Shown: positions 23,537-35,943, counted from the first letter of the stretch. The stretch is 57,948 nt of DNA from Escherichia coli (GCF_003334315.1 NZ_QOWR01000026.1); one strand, 5' to 3'. The notes: a model not told the origin generated them from the sequence alone. Made by a program: numbers and translations.

Positions 23537-26500
23537 TTAACCTATAGTCATTAAGCTGGCGTTACCGCCAGCAGCAGCGGTATTCACACTCAGCGAACGC
23601 TCGATATACAGCCGTTCCAGAAGGATATTGCTTTCGCCACGGGCAAAACCCTGCACCGAAACAATTGCGCCGTCCCGCGCGGCAACGGCTTCACACAATG
23701 CGCGAAGCTGATCCGAATCACCGTGGAAGATCACCGCATCAAAGGGTTGAGCGGTTATATTTTCCGCTTTCGCCAGTTGAATACGTTCGCTGACTGCCGA
23801 TGGCAATGCCTTTACTAGCTGACGATGCAGCGCGTCATCCGGCCACAGTACCTGGCTGCCCACCGCCAGCACGGCGGCGAGCTGAGTCAGCGCATCCTGC
23901 TCATCATCCGCGATACACAATACGCGCTCACGCGGCAGCAGCGTCCAGGTGTTGCGTTCACCCGTCGGCCCTGGCAGCAATCGTTGTGTTCCTGCCTGCG
24001 CCTGCTCGCCATATTGCGTACATAACGCCTGCAATTCTGGACGATTTGCTGCCCATTCCCGCAGTGCATTTAGCGGCTGAGTCAATGCGGCTTTCAACTG
24101 CGCATCGACCGGATACTCTGCATCCTGACGCGCGAGCGTTACTGCCAGCGCACTTTCCGGGCGATTCGCCAGCAGACGGTAGAGATAGAGCGGACCGCCT
24201 GCTTTCGGCCCGGTACCGGACAACCCTTCGCCGCCGAATGGCTGCACCCCAACCACTGCGCCCACCATATTACGGTTAACATACAGGTTACCAACATGGG
24301 CTGAGCCAGTGACCTGGGCGATGGTTTCATCAATACGCGTATGAACGCCAAGCGTCAGACCATAACCGGAAGCGTTAATCTGCTCGATCAGCTCCGGCAG
24401 CTGATTACGGTTATAACGCACCACATGCAGCACCGGACCAAAGACCTCTTTTTGCAATTCGGCAAAGTCATCCAGTTCGATCAGCGTCGGGGCGACAAAG
24501 GTGCCGCTTTGCCATTCACGGGCATCTTCGTTGTTTTTCCGTACCGCCTGGAACACCGGACGGCCTTTGCTACGCATGGTCTGAATATGGCGCTCAATAT
24601 TGACTTTCGCTTCGCTATCAATCACCGGACCGATATCGGTGGTCAGGCGACCCGGATTACCCATCCGGCATTCGGCCATTGCGCCGCGCAGCATTTTCAA
24701 CGTGTGGTCGGCAATCTCATCTTGCAGGCACAGCACGCGCAGCGCCGAACAACGCTGACCCGCACTGTCGAACGCCGAGGCCAGCACATCTATTACTACT
24801 TGTTCGGTCAGTGCTGAAGAATCGACAATCATCGCGTTCATGCCGCCGGTTTCAGCGATGAGCGGAATAGGGCGACCCTGAGCGTCCAGGCGGCTGGCGA
24901 TATTGCGCTGCAGTAACGTAGCGACTTCGGTTGAACCGGTAAACATCACCCCGCGTACGCGATCATCACCCGTCAGTTGCGCGCCCACGGTTTCCCCCTG
25001 ACCTGGCAGCAACTGCACCACGCCTGGCGGTACACCCGCTTCCAGCAAAATGGCGATCCCTTGCGCGGCAATCAGCGGCGTTTGTTCTGCCGGTTTTGCC
25101 AGCACGCTGTTACCTGCCGCCAGTGCGGCAGCAATCTGCCCGGTGAAAATAGCCAGCGGGAAGTTCCACGGACTGATGCACACCACAGGCCCTAATGGAC
25201 GGTGGGTTTCGTTAGCGAAATCATCCCGCACCTGTCCGGCATAGTAGTGGAGAAAATCGACCGCTTCGCGCACTTCGGCAATGGCGTTACTGAAGGTTTT
25301 TCCGGCTTCACGCACCAGAATACCAATCAGTTGCTGCATCTGGCTTTCCATTAGCACGGCAGCGCGATGCAAAATCGCCGCGCGTTCAACCGGAGGAGTG
25401 GCAAACCAGATTGGCGCGTTATTAACCGCACTTTCCAGCGCCTGTTCTACCTCACGCGGCGTGGCTTCACGCACAAAGCCCACAATATCTTTCGGTTCCG
25501 CAGGGTTAATAACGGGCGACATCTCACCTGCCGCTACCGGTTGTTCCAGCATTGGCAAGGCCTGCCATTTTTGCAGTGCACTATTGAGCAGGGCAGAAGA
25601 GAGCGAGGCCAGCCGGTGTTCGTTAGCGAGATCCAGCCCTGCCGAGTTGTCGCGCCCGTGACCGTAAAGATCGCGCGGCAGGGGAATTTTCGGATGCGGT
25701 AATCCAGTTTGCCCTTCCTGTTGCGCCAGTTTTTCTACAGCAGTGACCGGATCGGCGACCAGTTCATCCAGTGGCAAAGAGGTGTCGGCAATACGGTTAA
25801 CAAACGAGGTGTTAGCACCGTTTTCCAGCAGGCGACGCACCAGATACGCCAACAGCGTTTCATGGGTACCGACCGGAGCATAAATACGACACGGACGGTT
25901 AAGTTTGCCGTCGGCAACTTTCCCGGTGACCTGCTCATACAGTGGCTCGCCCATACCATGCAGGCACTGGAACTCGTACTGACCCGGATAGTAGTTTTGA
26001 CCAGCCAGTTGATAAATCGCTGCCAGCGTATGGGCGTTGTGCGTTGCGAACTGCGGGTAGATTAGATTCGGCACCGCCAGCAGCTTTTTCGCACAGGCGA
26101 GATATGAAACGTCGGTATACACCTTGCGGGTATAAACCGGATAGCCTTCAAGGCCGTCCATCTGCGCACGCTTGATTTCACTATCCCAGTACGCGCCTTT
26201 CACCAGGCGAATCATCAGACGGCGACGGCTGCGGGTGGCGAGATCAATCAGGTAATCAATCACCAGTGGGCAGCGTTTTTGATAAGCCTGAATAACAAAA
26301 CCGATACCGTTCCAGCCTGCCAGCTCAGGCTCGAAACAGAGTTTTTCCAGCAGATCGAGGGAGATCTCCAGACGATCGGCCTCTTCGGCGTCAATGTTGA
26401 TACCAATATCGTACTGACGCGCCAGAAGGGTGAGTGATTTCAGACGTGGGTAAAGCTCTTCCATTACCCGGTCATACTGGGCGCGGCTGTAACGCGGATG

Positions 26501-27499
26501 CAGCGCCGACAGCTTGATTGAAATGCCCGGACCTTCATAGATGCCACGACCATTGGACGCTTTACCAATGGCGTGAATCGCCTGCTGATAGGAAACCATA
26601 TACGCTTGTGCATCTGCGGCAGTCAGTGCAGCTTCGCCAAGCATATCGTAAGAGTAACGGAAACCTTTCTCTTCCAGCTTGCGGGCATTGGCTAACGCTT
26701 CCGCGATGGTTTCGCCAGTGACGAACTGCTCGCCCATCAGGCGCATCGCCATATCCACACCTTTGCGGATCAGCGGTTCACCGCTTTTACCGATAATGCG
26801 GTTCAGCGAGCGGGAGAGGCTGGCTTCGTTATGGGTGGAAACCAGTTTGCCAGTAAACAGCAGCCCCCAGGTGGCGGCATTAACAAACAAAGACGGGCTA
26901 CGACCAATGTGTGATTGCCAGTTACCGTTGCTGATTTTGTCGCGAATTAACGCATCACGGGTGGCTTTGTCGGGAATACGCAACAACGCTTCCGCCAGAC
27001 ACATCAGCGCCACGCCTTCCTGCGATGACAACGAAAACTCCTGCAATAACCCCTGAACCATACCTGCGCGACCACTGGCGTTTTTTTGATTACGCAGTTT
27101 ATCGGCCAGTTGATACGCCAGTTTGTGCGCCTGTTCAGCAACTGGCTGCGGCAGGCGGGCTTGTTCCAGCAGCATAGAAACCGCTTCGGTTTCCGGGCGG
27201 CGATAGGCCGCTGTGATCGCGGCGCGGGAAACCGACTGGGGCAAAATTTGCTCGGCAAAGTCGAGGAATGGTTGGTGTGGTTCCTCTGCCGGAGTCGGTG
27301 CTTCATCGCTCTCATTGGCAGCGCCAGAAAGCAGCGCAGGTAGCTCCGGCAGAGTATTGCTGTTTTCCAGTTGTTCGAGATAAGAAAAAATCGCCTGCTT
27401 AATTAACCAGTGTGGCGTGCGATCGATACGTGTCGCGGCAGACTTAATACGCTCACGCGTCGCGTCGTCCAGCTTAACCCCCATGGTGGTGGTTCCCAT
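23537..27499 (-). CDS. putA: PutA bifunctional proline dehydrogenase / P5C dehydrogenase and transcriptional repressor
   Basis: ATG at 27499 gives 1320 aa MGTTTMGVKLDDATRERIKSAATRIDRTPHWLIKQ... (ribbon-helix-helix N-terminus). Confidence 0.95.
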   Translation of the reverse strand: MGTTTMGVKLDDATRERIKSAATRIDRTPHWLIKQAIFSYLEQLENSNTLPELPALLSGAANESDEAPTPAEEPHQPFLDFAEQILPQSVSRAAITAAYRRPETEAVSMLLEQARLPQPVAEQAHKLAYQLADKLRNQKNASGRAGMVQGLLQEFSLSSQEGVALMCLAEALLRIPDKATRDALIRDKISNGNWQSHIGRSPSLFVNAATWGLLFTGKLVSTHNEASLSRSLNRIIGKSGEPLIRKGVDMAMRLMGEQFVTGETIAEALANARKLEEKGFRYSYDMLGEAALTAADAQAYMVSYQQAIHAIGKASNGRGIYEGPGISIKLSALHPRYSRAQYDRVMEELYPRLKSLTLLARQYDIGINIDAEEADRLEISLDLLEKLCFEPELAGWNGIGFVIQAYQKRCPLVIDYLIDLATRSRRRLMIRLVKGAYWDSEIKRAQMDGLEGYPVYTRKVYTDVSYLACAKKLLAVPNLIYPQFATHNAHTLAAIYQLAGQNYYPGQYEFQCLHGMGEPLYEQVTGKVADGKLNRPCRIYAPVGTHETLLAYLVRRLLENGANTSFVNRIADTSLPLDELVADPVTAVEKLAQQEGQTGLPHPKIPLPRDLYGHGRDNSAGLDLANEHRLASLSSALLNSALQKWQALPMLEQPVAAGEMSPVINPAEPKDIVGFVREATPREVEQALESAVNNAPIWFATPPVERAAILHRAAVLMESQMQQLIGILVREAGKTFSNAIAEVREAVDFLHYYAGQVRDDFANETHRPLGPVVCISPWNFPLAIFTGQIAAALAAGNSVLAKPAEQTPLIAAQGIAILLEAGVPPGVVQLLPGQGETVGAQLTGDDRVRGVMFTGSTEVATLLQRNIASRLDAQGRPIPLIAETGGMNAMIVDSSALTEQVVIDVLASAFDSAGQRCSALRVLCLQDEIADHTLKMLRGAMAECRMGNPGRLTTDIGPVIDSEAKVNIERHIQTMRSKGRPVFQAVRKNNEDAREWQSGTFVAPTLIELDDFAELQKEVFGPVLHVVRYNRNQLPELIEQINASGYGLTLGVHTRIDETIAQVTGSAHVGNLYVNRNMVGAVVGVQPFGGEGLSGTGPKAGGPLYLYRLLANRPESALAVTLARQDAEYPVDAQLKAALTQPLNALREWAANRPELQALCTQYGEQAQAGTQRLLPGPTGERNTWTLLPRERVLCIADDEQDALTQLAAVLAVGSQVLWPDDALHRQLVKALPSAVSERIQLAKAENITAQPFDAVIFHGDSDQLRALCEAVAARDGAIVSVQGFARGESNILLERLYIERSLSVNTAAAGGNASLMTIG

Positions 27500-27921
27500 G
27501 CCATTACTCCTGTTGTTCTGAAAGGTGCAACTTAACGTTATCGTGAAATATCCATGATGTTGCAACTTTGTGCAACCATGTTAAATGTGACATGCGTAGC
27601 AAGCTTAAAAATGAATGAAATGTTAATAAAAGAAATCGATATGACAGGGATTAAAAAAATAACTCAGACTTTTTCTCTGCGGCAGTTAACATTTTTGAAA
27701 GGTGCAACCGCAAAAAATGTGAGAGAGTGCAACCTGATGAAAAATAGTGTCGCTGAGCACTAAAATTTAATGTAAATGGTGTGTTAAATCGATTGTGAAT
27801 AACCAGCGCTTCCGGCAGGATACGGTCGCCCTGGTAAAACATAAACTCTGTTACCCCGTTCCGGTGGCAGATATAACGGCAAGTTTCGACATTGCCGATA
27901 ATAATTTTTTGGAGACTTTAG
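27500..27921. promoter_or_regulatory. put control region with PutA operator motifs and divergent putA/putP promoters
   Basis: Five GTTGCA/TGCAAC motifs at 27526-27531, 27559-27564, 27571-27576, 27703-27708 and 27728-27733; AT-rich 422-bp divergent intergenic region. Confidence 0.75.
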
Positions 27922-29430
<1,509 letters not shown>

Positions 29431-29524
29431 GGGACTTAGCCTGCGGCGGTTTTGTTTGGCTTCAGCAGCGGGTTGCGCTCCCTTAATGTGCCTCGCCATA
29501 TAAATTGAATGGTGCAGGGAGCGC

Positions 29525-29556
29525 GCAGGGGGCGGCCAATCGCCGCCGCCCCCTGC
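29525..29556. other. GC-rich perfect 12-bp hairpin downstream of putP
   Basis: GCAGGGGGCGGC-N8-GCCGCCCCCTGC; a second 8-bp inverted repeat GCGCTCCC/GGGAGCGC lies just upstream at 29475-29524. Confidence 0.5.
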
Positions 29557-29730
29557 TGTCCCGGCCTTCGGGGAACGCTTCAGCGATTTTGACGCCACCA
29601 ACACCCGAGCTGTTATTATGTTCCGGGCAAAAAGTTAGATTTGATAATCGCGGATGGACGAAATTGCTTGATACACCCGCTTATCAGTTTTACATGGAAG
29701 CTCTGATGCATTGAGTCTGGACAGTTTTGT

Positions 29731-29764
29731 CGGCTGGATACGGCGTTTACGCGGCATCCGGCAA
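29731..29764. repeat. REP element
   Basis: GCTGGATACGGCGTTTACGCGGCATCCGGC palindromic unit. Confidence 0.6.
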
Positions 29765-29894
29765 GAACACATGGCTCGTTGTAAACAATCCCATCTTTGT
29801 ACCTGGAATAATCGTTTATATCCCCTGGCATTACCTCTCTTTGTTTACATTTCAACATCATTTTATAAACATTCCGCTTGTATTTTTCTTTACC

Positions 29895-29913
29895 GTAATG
29901 ATAATCGCTATCA
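29895..29913. promoter_or_regulatory. Candidate Fur box upstream of efeU
   Basis: GTAATGATAATCGCTATCA, about 15/17 core match to GATAATGATAATCATTATC, ending 59 bp upstream of the efeU ATG. Confidence 0.65.
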
Positions 29914-29971
29914 CTGCGATTTACTTTTCTTTGCATAGATTGACTCAGAAAAACGTTTAAGGGTGGGTGGC

Positions 29972-30802
29972 ATGTTTGTTCCGTTTCTCATTATGTTGCG
30001 CGAAGGACTTGAAGCCGCGCTGATTGTCAGTTTGATTGCCAGCTATCTTAAGCGTACCCAGCGAGGCCGATGGATTGGTGTGATGTGGATTGGCGTGTTG
30101 CTTGCCGCTGCGTTGTGCCTGGGCTTGGGTATCTTCATTAACGAAACCACCGGCGAATTTCCGCAAAAAGAACAGGAACTGTTTGAAGGTATCGTGGCGG
30201 TGATCGCCGTGGTGATCCTTACCTGGATGGTTTTCTGGATGCGCAAAGTGTCGCGCAACGTCAAAGTGCAACTGGAACAGGCAGTCGATAGCGCATTGCA
30301 GCGTGGAAATCATCATGGCTGGGCGCTGGTGATGATGGTCTTTTTTGCCGTTGCAAGGGAAGGGCTGGAGTCGGTCTTTTTCCTGCTGGCGGCATTTCAA
30401 CAAGATGTCGGGATCTGGCCGCCGCTGGGTGCAATGCTCGGTCTTGCTACTGCCGTGGTGCTAGGCTTCCTGCTCTACTGGGGCGGTATTCGCCTCAATC
30501 TTGGTGCATTTTTTAAATGGACCAGCCTGTTTATTCTCTTCGTCGCCGCAGGGCTGGCAGCTGGTGCCATTCGCGCATTTCATGAAGCCGGATTGTGGAA
30601 CCACTTTCAGGAAATCGCCTTCGATATGAGTGCGGTGCTCTCAACTCACTCGCTGTTTGGCACGCTGATGGAAGGGATTTTTGGCTATCAGGAAGCGCCG
30701 AGCGTCAGCGAAGTCGCCGTCTGGTTTATTTATCTCATCCCGGCGCTGGTGGCATTTGCTCTGCCACCACGCGCAGGGGCGACAGCGTCTCGCTCCGCGT
30801 AA
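29972..30802 (+). CDS. efeU: EfeU ferrous iron permease (FTR1 family), intact
   Basis: Uninterrupted 276-aa ORF MFVPFLIMLREGLEAALIVSLIASYLKRT... with two REGLE motifs; in-frame GTG at 29963 is an alternative start. Confidence 0.9.
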   Translation: MFVPFLIMLREGLEAALIVSLIASYLKRTQRGRWIGVMWIGVLLAAALCLGLGIFINETTGEFPQKEQELFEGIVAVIAVVILTWMVFWMRKVSRNVKVQLEQAVDSALQRGNHHGWALVMMVFFAVAREGLESVFFLLAAFQQDVGIWPPLGAMLGLATAVVLGFLLYWGGIRLNLGAFFKWTSLFILFVAAGLAAGAIRAFHEAGLWNHFQEIAFDMSAVLSTHSLFGTLMEGIFGYQEAPSVSEVAVWFIYLIPALVAFALPPRAGATASRSA

Positions 30803-30859
30803 CAAATACGACGCAAACTCTTGCTTAGTTACAACATACTTTAAAGGGATAGTCTCGTC

Positions 30860-31987
30860 ATGACCATTAACTTCCGCCGTAACGCATTGCAGTTGAGCGT
30901 GGCTGCGCTGTTTTCTTCTGCTTTTATGGCTAACGCCGCTGATGTGCCGCAGGTCAAAGTGACCGTGACGGATAAGCAGTGCGAACCGATGACCATTACG
31001 GTTAACGCCGGGAAAACACAGTTCATTATTCAGAACCACAGCCAGAAGGCGCTGGAGTGGGAGATCCTCAAAGGCGTGATGGTGGTGGAAGAGCGGGAAA
31101 ATATCGCCCCTGGCTTTAGCCAGAAAATGACGGCGAATTTACAGCCTGGCGAATACGATATGACCTGCGGTCTGCTGACTAACCCGAAAGGGAAGTTGAT
31201 CGTCAAAGGTGAGGCAACGGCGGATGCGGCGCAAAGTGATGCGCTGTTAAGTCTTGGTGGTGCAATTACTGCATATAAAGCGTATGTCATGGCGGAAACC
31301 ACGCAGCTGGTGACCGACACCAAAGCCTTTACCGACGCGATTAAAGCAGGCGATATCGAAAAAGCGAAAGCACTGTATGCACCGACGCGCCAGCACTATG
31401 AGCGTATTGAACCGATTGCTGAACTGTTCTCCGATCTGGATGGCAGCATTGACGCCCGTGAAGATGATTACGAGCAAAAAGCCGCCGACCCAAAATTCAC
31501 TGGTTTCCACCGTCTGGAAAAAGCATTGTTTGGCGACAACACCACCAAAGGAATGGATAAGTATGCCGACCAGCTTTATATCGATGTGGTCGATTTGCAA
31601 AAACGCATCAGTGAACTGGCTTTCCCACCTTCAAAAGTGGTCGGCGGCGCAGCCGGACTGATTGAGGAAGTGGCAGCCAGCAAAATCAGCGGTGAAGAAG
31701 ATCGCTACAGCCACACCGATCTGTGGGATTTCCAGGCTAACGTTGAAGGCTCGCAGAAAATTGTCGATCTGCTGCGTCCACAACTGCAAAAAGCCAACCC
31801 GGAACTGTTGGCAAAAGTCGATGCCAACTTTAAAAAGGTCGATACCATTCTGGCGAAATACCGTACTAAAGACGGTTTTGAAACCTACGACAAATTGACC
31901 GATGCCGACCGGAATGCACTGAAAGGACCGATTACTGCGCTGGCGGAAGATCTGGCGCAACTTCGCGGTGTGCTGGGACTGGATTAA
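30860..31987 (+). CDS. efeO: EfeO periplasmic iron-uptake component
   Basis: 375-aa ORF with signal peptide, downstream of efeU. Confidence 0.95.
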   Translation: MTINFRRNALQLSVAALFSSAFMANAADVPQVKVTVTDKQCEPMTITVNAGKTQFIIQNHSQKALEWEILKGVMVVEERENIAPGFSQKMTANLQPGEYDMTCGLLTNPKGKLIVKGEATADAAQSDALLSLGGAITAYKAYVMAETTQLVTDTKAFTDAIKAGDIEKAKALYAPTRQHYERIEPIAELFSDLDGSIDAREDDYEQKAADPKFTGFHRLEKALFGDNTTKGMDKYADQLYIDVVDLQKRISELAFPPSKVVGGAAGLIEEVAASKISGEEDRYSHTDLWDFQANVEGSQKIVDLLRPQLQKANPELLAKVDANFKKVDTILAKYRTKDGFETYDKLTDADRNALKGPITALAEDLAQLRGVLGLD

Positions 31988-31992
31988 GCGTT

Positions 31993-33264
31993 ATGCAGTA
32001 TAAAGATGAAAACGGCGTGAATGAACCGTCACGCCGACGTTTACTGAAAGGGATTGGTGCACTGGCGCTGGCGGGAAGTTGTCCGGTCGCTCATGCACAA
32101 AAAACGCAAAGTGCGCCGGGTACGCTTTCACCGGATGCACGCAATGAGAAACAGCCGTTTTATGGTGAGCATCAGGCAGGGATCCTGACGCCACAACAGG
32201 CCGCAATGATGCTGGTGGCGTTTGATGTGCTTGCCAGCGATAAAGCCGATCTTGAGCGGTTGTTTCGCTTGTTGACTCAGCGTTTTGCTTTTCTGACTCA
32301 GGGCGGAGCAGCACCAGAAACGCCAAATCCGCGCCTGCCACCACTCGATTCCGGCATTCTTGGCGGCTACATTGCGCCCGATAATCTCACCATCACGTTA
32401 TCGGTGGGTCACTCATTGTTTGATGAGCGCGTTGGCCTTGCGCCACAGATGCCAAAAAAGCTGCAGAAGATGACGCGTTTCCCCAACGACTCGCTGGATG
32501 CGGCGTTATGTCATGGTGATGTGTTGCTACAGATTTGCGCCAACACCCAGGACACGGTGATCCATGCGCTGCGCGATATCATCAAACACACGCCGGATTT
32601 GCTCAGTGTGCGCTGGAAGCGGGAAGGGTTTATTTCCGATCACGCGGCGCGTAGTAAAGGCAAAGAGACGCCGATTAATTTGCTGGGTTTCAAAGACGGC
32701 ACTGCCAATCCCGATAGCCAGAATGATAAGTTGATGCAAAAAGTGGTGTGGGTAACGGCAGATCAGCAGGAGCCTGCGTGGACAATCGGTGGCAGCTATC
32801 AGGCAGTACGCTTGATTCAGTTTCGAGTGGAATTTTGGGACAGAACGCCGCTGAAAGAACAGCAGACGATTTTTGGCCGTGATAAGCAAACCGGTGCGCC
32901 GCTGGGAATGCAGCATGAGCATGATGTGCCTGATTACGCCAGCGACCCGGAAGGGAAGGTGATCGCGCTGGACAGCCATATCCGGCTGGCGAATCCCCGC
33001 ACGGCGGAGAGTGAGTCCAGCCTGATGCTGCGTCGCGGCTACAGTTATTCGTTGGGGGTCACCAACTCCGGACAACTGGATATGGGGTTGCTGTTTGTCT
33101 GCTACCAGCACGATCTGGAAAAAGGCTTCCTGACAGTACAAAAAAGGCTCAATGGCGAAGCGCTGGAGGAATACGTTAAACCTATCGGCGGCGGTTATTT
33201 TTTTGCGCTGCCGGGGGTGAAGGACGCGAACGATTATTTCGGAAGCGCGTTATTGCGGGTTTAA
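31993..33264 (+). CDS. efeB: EfeB Dyp-type peroxidase (Tat-exported)
   Basis: 423-aa ORF with twin-arginine motif ([16 protein letters not shown]). Confidence 0.95.
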   Translation: MQYKDENGVNEPSRRRLLKGIGALALAGSCPVAHAQKTQSAPGTLSPDARNEKQPFYGEHQAGILTPQQAAMMLVAFDVLASDKADLERLFRLLTQRFAFLTQGGAAPETPNPRLPPLDSGILGGYIAPDNLTITLSVGHSLFDERVGLAPQMPKKLQKMTRFPNDSLDAALCHGDVLLQICANTQDTVIHALRDIIKHTPDLLSVRWKREGFISDHAARSKGKETPINLLGFKDGTANPDSQNDKLMQKVVWVTADQQEPAWTIGGSYQAVRLIQFRVEFWDRTPLKEQQTIFGRDKQTGAPLGMQHEHDVPDYASDPEGKVIALDSHIRLANPRTAESESSLMLRRGYSYSLGVTNSGQLDMGLLFVCYQHDLEKGFLTVQKRLNGEALEEYVKPIGGGYFFALPGVKDANDYFGSALLRV

Positions 33265-33272
33265 TGTTTTTA

Positions 33273-33395
33273 GGCGGATAAGGCATTTGTGCGCAGATGC
33301 CTGATGCGACGCTTGCGCGTCTTATCATGCCTACAATCAGTGCGGGTTTGGTAGGCTGGATAAGGCGTTCACGCCGCATCCGGCGATCGTGCACT
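33273..33395. repeat. REP/BIME cluster
   Basis: At least three REP-like palindromic units between efeB and phoH. Confidence 0.7.
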
Positions 33396-33441
33396 GATGC
33401 CTGATGCAAATCCTGCTGAAAGCACACAGCTTTTTTCATCA

Positions 33442-33460
33442 CTGTCATCACTCTGTCATC
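33442..33460 (+). promoter_or_regulatory. Pho box (PhoB-binding site) upstream of phoH
   Basis: CTGTCATCACTCTGTCATC: two direct CTGTCAT repeats spaced 11 bp, about 150 bp upstream of the phoH ATG. Confidence 0.75.
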
Positions 33461-33608
33461 TTTCCAGTAGAAACTAATGTCACTGAAATGGTGTTTTATA
33501 GTTAAATATAAGTAAATATATTGTTGCAATAAATGCGAGATCTGTTGTACTTATTAAGTAGCAGCGGAAGTTCCCGGCAGTGATAGTCAGTCACTATGGA
33601 GATCGCGG

Positions 33609-34673
33609 ATGGTAACGTCCTGTACTGGACATGTTTTAGATAATCAACGCGCCACCACTCGCGGAGTTTTCTCCTCCGGTAGTCATCTCGTCACTTTGCA
33701 TTTTCAACCTCATCCTTTCTTTTCATGTGTTACCGACGCCGTAAACGGTGCGCGTAGCCGTTTTTCGGCATTTTATCCAAAAGCAAACTATGGCTTACAA
33801 GGAAGCCAACCCTCTGATGTTCGTGCGCATAATCGCGCTGCCAACGGCGCGTGTGATGAATACAAACAACTCAAGGTGCTCTCCATGGGAAGACAAAAAG
33901 CAGTGATCAAAGCTCGTCGCGAGGCAAAACGTGTGCTGAGACGGGATTCGCGCAGCCATAAGCAGCGTGAAGAAGAATCGGTCACCTCGCTTGTGCAGAT
34001 GAGCGGCGTAGAAGCCATTGGTATGGCCCGCGACAGTCGCGATACCTCGCCCATCCTCGCGCGAAATGAAGCGCAATTGCACTATCTGAAGGCTATTGAG
34101 AGTAAGCAGCTGATATTCGCTACGGGCGAAGCCGGGTGCGGAAAAACCTGGATCAGCGCAGCAAAAGCGGCAGAGGCCCTGATACATAAGGATGTCGACA
34201 GGATTATCGTCACCCGTCCAGTTCTGCAAGCCGATGAAGATCTTGGCTTCTTACCTGGAGATATCGCAGAAAAGTTTGCTCCCTATTTTCGCCCGGTCTA
34301 CGACGTGCTGGTCCGGCGCTTAGGGGCTTCCTTTATGCAGTACTGCCTGCGACCGGAAATAGGGAAGGTGGAAATCGCGCCGTTCGCCTATATGCGTGGA
34401 CGTACCTTTGAAAATGCAGTCGTCATTCTTGACGAGGCGCAGAATGTGACTGCCGCGCAAATGAAAATGTTTTTAACCCGCCTCGGGGAGAACGTGACGG
34501 TTATCGTCAACGGTGATATCACACAATGCGATTTACCTCGCGGTGTGCGCTCCGGATTAAGTGACGCGCTGGAACGTTTCGAAGAAGATGAAATGGTCGG
34601 GATCATCCGATTCGGTAAAGAGGATTGCGTACGTTCGGCACTTTGCCAACGTACGCTGCATGCCTACAGTTAA
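33609..34673 (+). CDS. phoH: PhoH ATPase (phosphate-starvation inducible)
   Basis: 354-aa ORF with Walker A motif GEAGCGKT. Confidence 0.9.
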   Translation: MVTSCTGHVLDNQRATTRGVFSSGSHLVTLHFQPHPFFSCVTDAVNGARSRFSAFYPKANYGLQGSQPSDVRAHNRAANGACDEYKQLKVLSMGRQKAVIKARREAKRVLRRDSRSHKQREEESVTSLVQMSGVEAIGMARDSRDTSPILARNEAQLHYLKAIESKQLIFATGEAGCGKTWISAAKAAEALIHKDVDRIIVTRPVLQADEDLGFLPGDIAEKFAPYFRPVYDVLVRRLGASFMQYCLRPEIGKVEIAPFAYMRGRTFENAVVILDEAQNVTAAQMKMFLTRLGENVTVIVNGDITQCDLPRGVRSGLSDALERFEEDEMVGIIRFGKEDCVRSALCQRTLHAYS

Positions 34674-34690
34674 GTGTGTTATCGGTGCAG

Positions 34691-34720
34691 AGCCCGGGCG
34701 AACCGGGCTTTGTTTTATTT
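34691..34720 (+). terminator. Rho-independent terminator of phoH
   Basis: AGCCCGG-GCGAA-CCGGGCT hairpin followed by TTGTTTTATTT. Confidence 0.75.
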
Positions 34721-35256
34721 CAACAGATTTTCACTTCAGGTTAGCGTTCAGGGGGGCGACTTTGAGCGTGTTGATAAGCTGAACTGGAGTCTGGTTTAGA
34801 TACTCTTACCAGGCATTTTTCGTCATAGCATCAGACCAGTGTAATACTGCCAGCGCGGAGAGTTTTTCTTCCAAAAGCCAAAAAAATGAGCATCTGCCTA
34901 TCTTTTTTCGGCCATTCAACCTGTACAGGAGATCTGGTGCCAATTTTGCTTATGAGGTTTAATCAACAATGGGCCATAATTTGCCTGACTGATTAACACT
35001 GAATATATTCCTCTGATTTATTCTTTAGGGATAATATTATAAATGTAAGGTTAATCTTAATTAATTCTTTTGGCTAATATTGTGTGTTGTTATTTTTTTT
35101 GTGGAAGGCAAGCTGCAATGGCAAAATAGGGATGGTTGTAATAATCAAAACATGATACTAACTATATATTGATCGTTGCATTGTTGGCATGTAACACGCT
35201 TCAGCGAGTAACATTGGTAATGAAATATAATCAACATGGATAGGTGAAAATTAATT

Positions 35257-35943
35257 ATGAGCTTTATGGCTTTTGTAACTTGTTTGACAATTGCATTTAT
35301 CGCCGGTTTTGCTGTTGCCAGAAAATTGACACTCCGAAAAGTTGCCTCATCGGTAATCATCGCTAAATCGCAACCAGTCCCTTCATCTGCAACTTCCCCT
35401 GCCGCTAAGGCGTCGACAAGGAGCTATATACCGCAGAAAACCTATCGTGACTCTCGTTGGCAAGAGCGAGATGAGTTATTTCAGGGAATGGTTGCCGAAG
35501 GTATTTTATTGGAAAGAAAAGAGTGGTTAATCACGCGTTGTGAAAAAATGTATTTCGATAATCTGGAAAAATGGTTTGGACACTATTGTCATATCCATTG
35601 CCAGGTCTCTCTGGGGCGCTTGATCAACTTTCCAGAACAACCTGAGTTTAGCGAAGAAGAAAGAAAGCGTTTCTTTGCAATTTATAATGGCATGGCAATG
35701 GATTATGTTCTGGTTTCAAAGAAGAACAATAAAATAGTCTGTGTTATTGAGCTGGATGACCCGAGTCATGAAAGGGCGGATCGCATTATTCGTGACCGTT
35801 GGTTGGATACGATTATGACTCTTGCACGGGTGCCTTTTGTACGAGCTTCTGTCACTAAATTGGAGGAAATCCCTCCGGTCTGGGAGACTCGTGACAAAAT
35901 TCGCCCATTAGTCGCGGCGACAAAGAGTGAACCGTTGCATTAA
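35257..35943 (+). CDS. Hypothetical membrane-anchored protein, possibly with a restriction-endonuclease-like (DUF2726/NERD-like) C-terminal domain
   Basis: 228-aa ORF preceded by TATAAT at 35226-35231 and AGGTGA Shine-Dalgarno; N-terminal hydrophobic helix FMAFVTCLTIAFIAGFAVA; C-terminal segment VCVIELDDPSHERADRIIRDRWLDTIMTLARVPFVRAS; domain assignment from memory only. Confidence 0.6.
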   Translation: MSFMAFVTCLTIAFIAGFAVARKLTLRKVASSVIIAKSQPVPSSATSPAAKASTRSYIPQKTYRDSRWQERDELFQGMVAEGILLERKEWLITRCEKMYFDNLEKWFGHYCHIHCQVSLGRLINFPEQPEFSEEERKRFFAIYNGMAMDYVLVSKKNNKIVCVIELDDPSHERADRIIRDRWLDTIMTLARVPFVRASVTKLEEIPPVWETRDKIRPLVAATKSEPLH

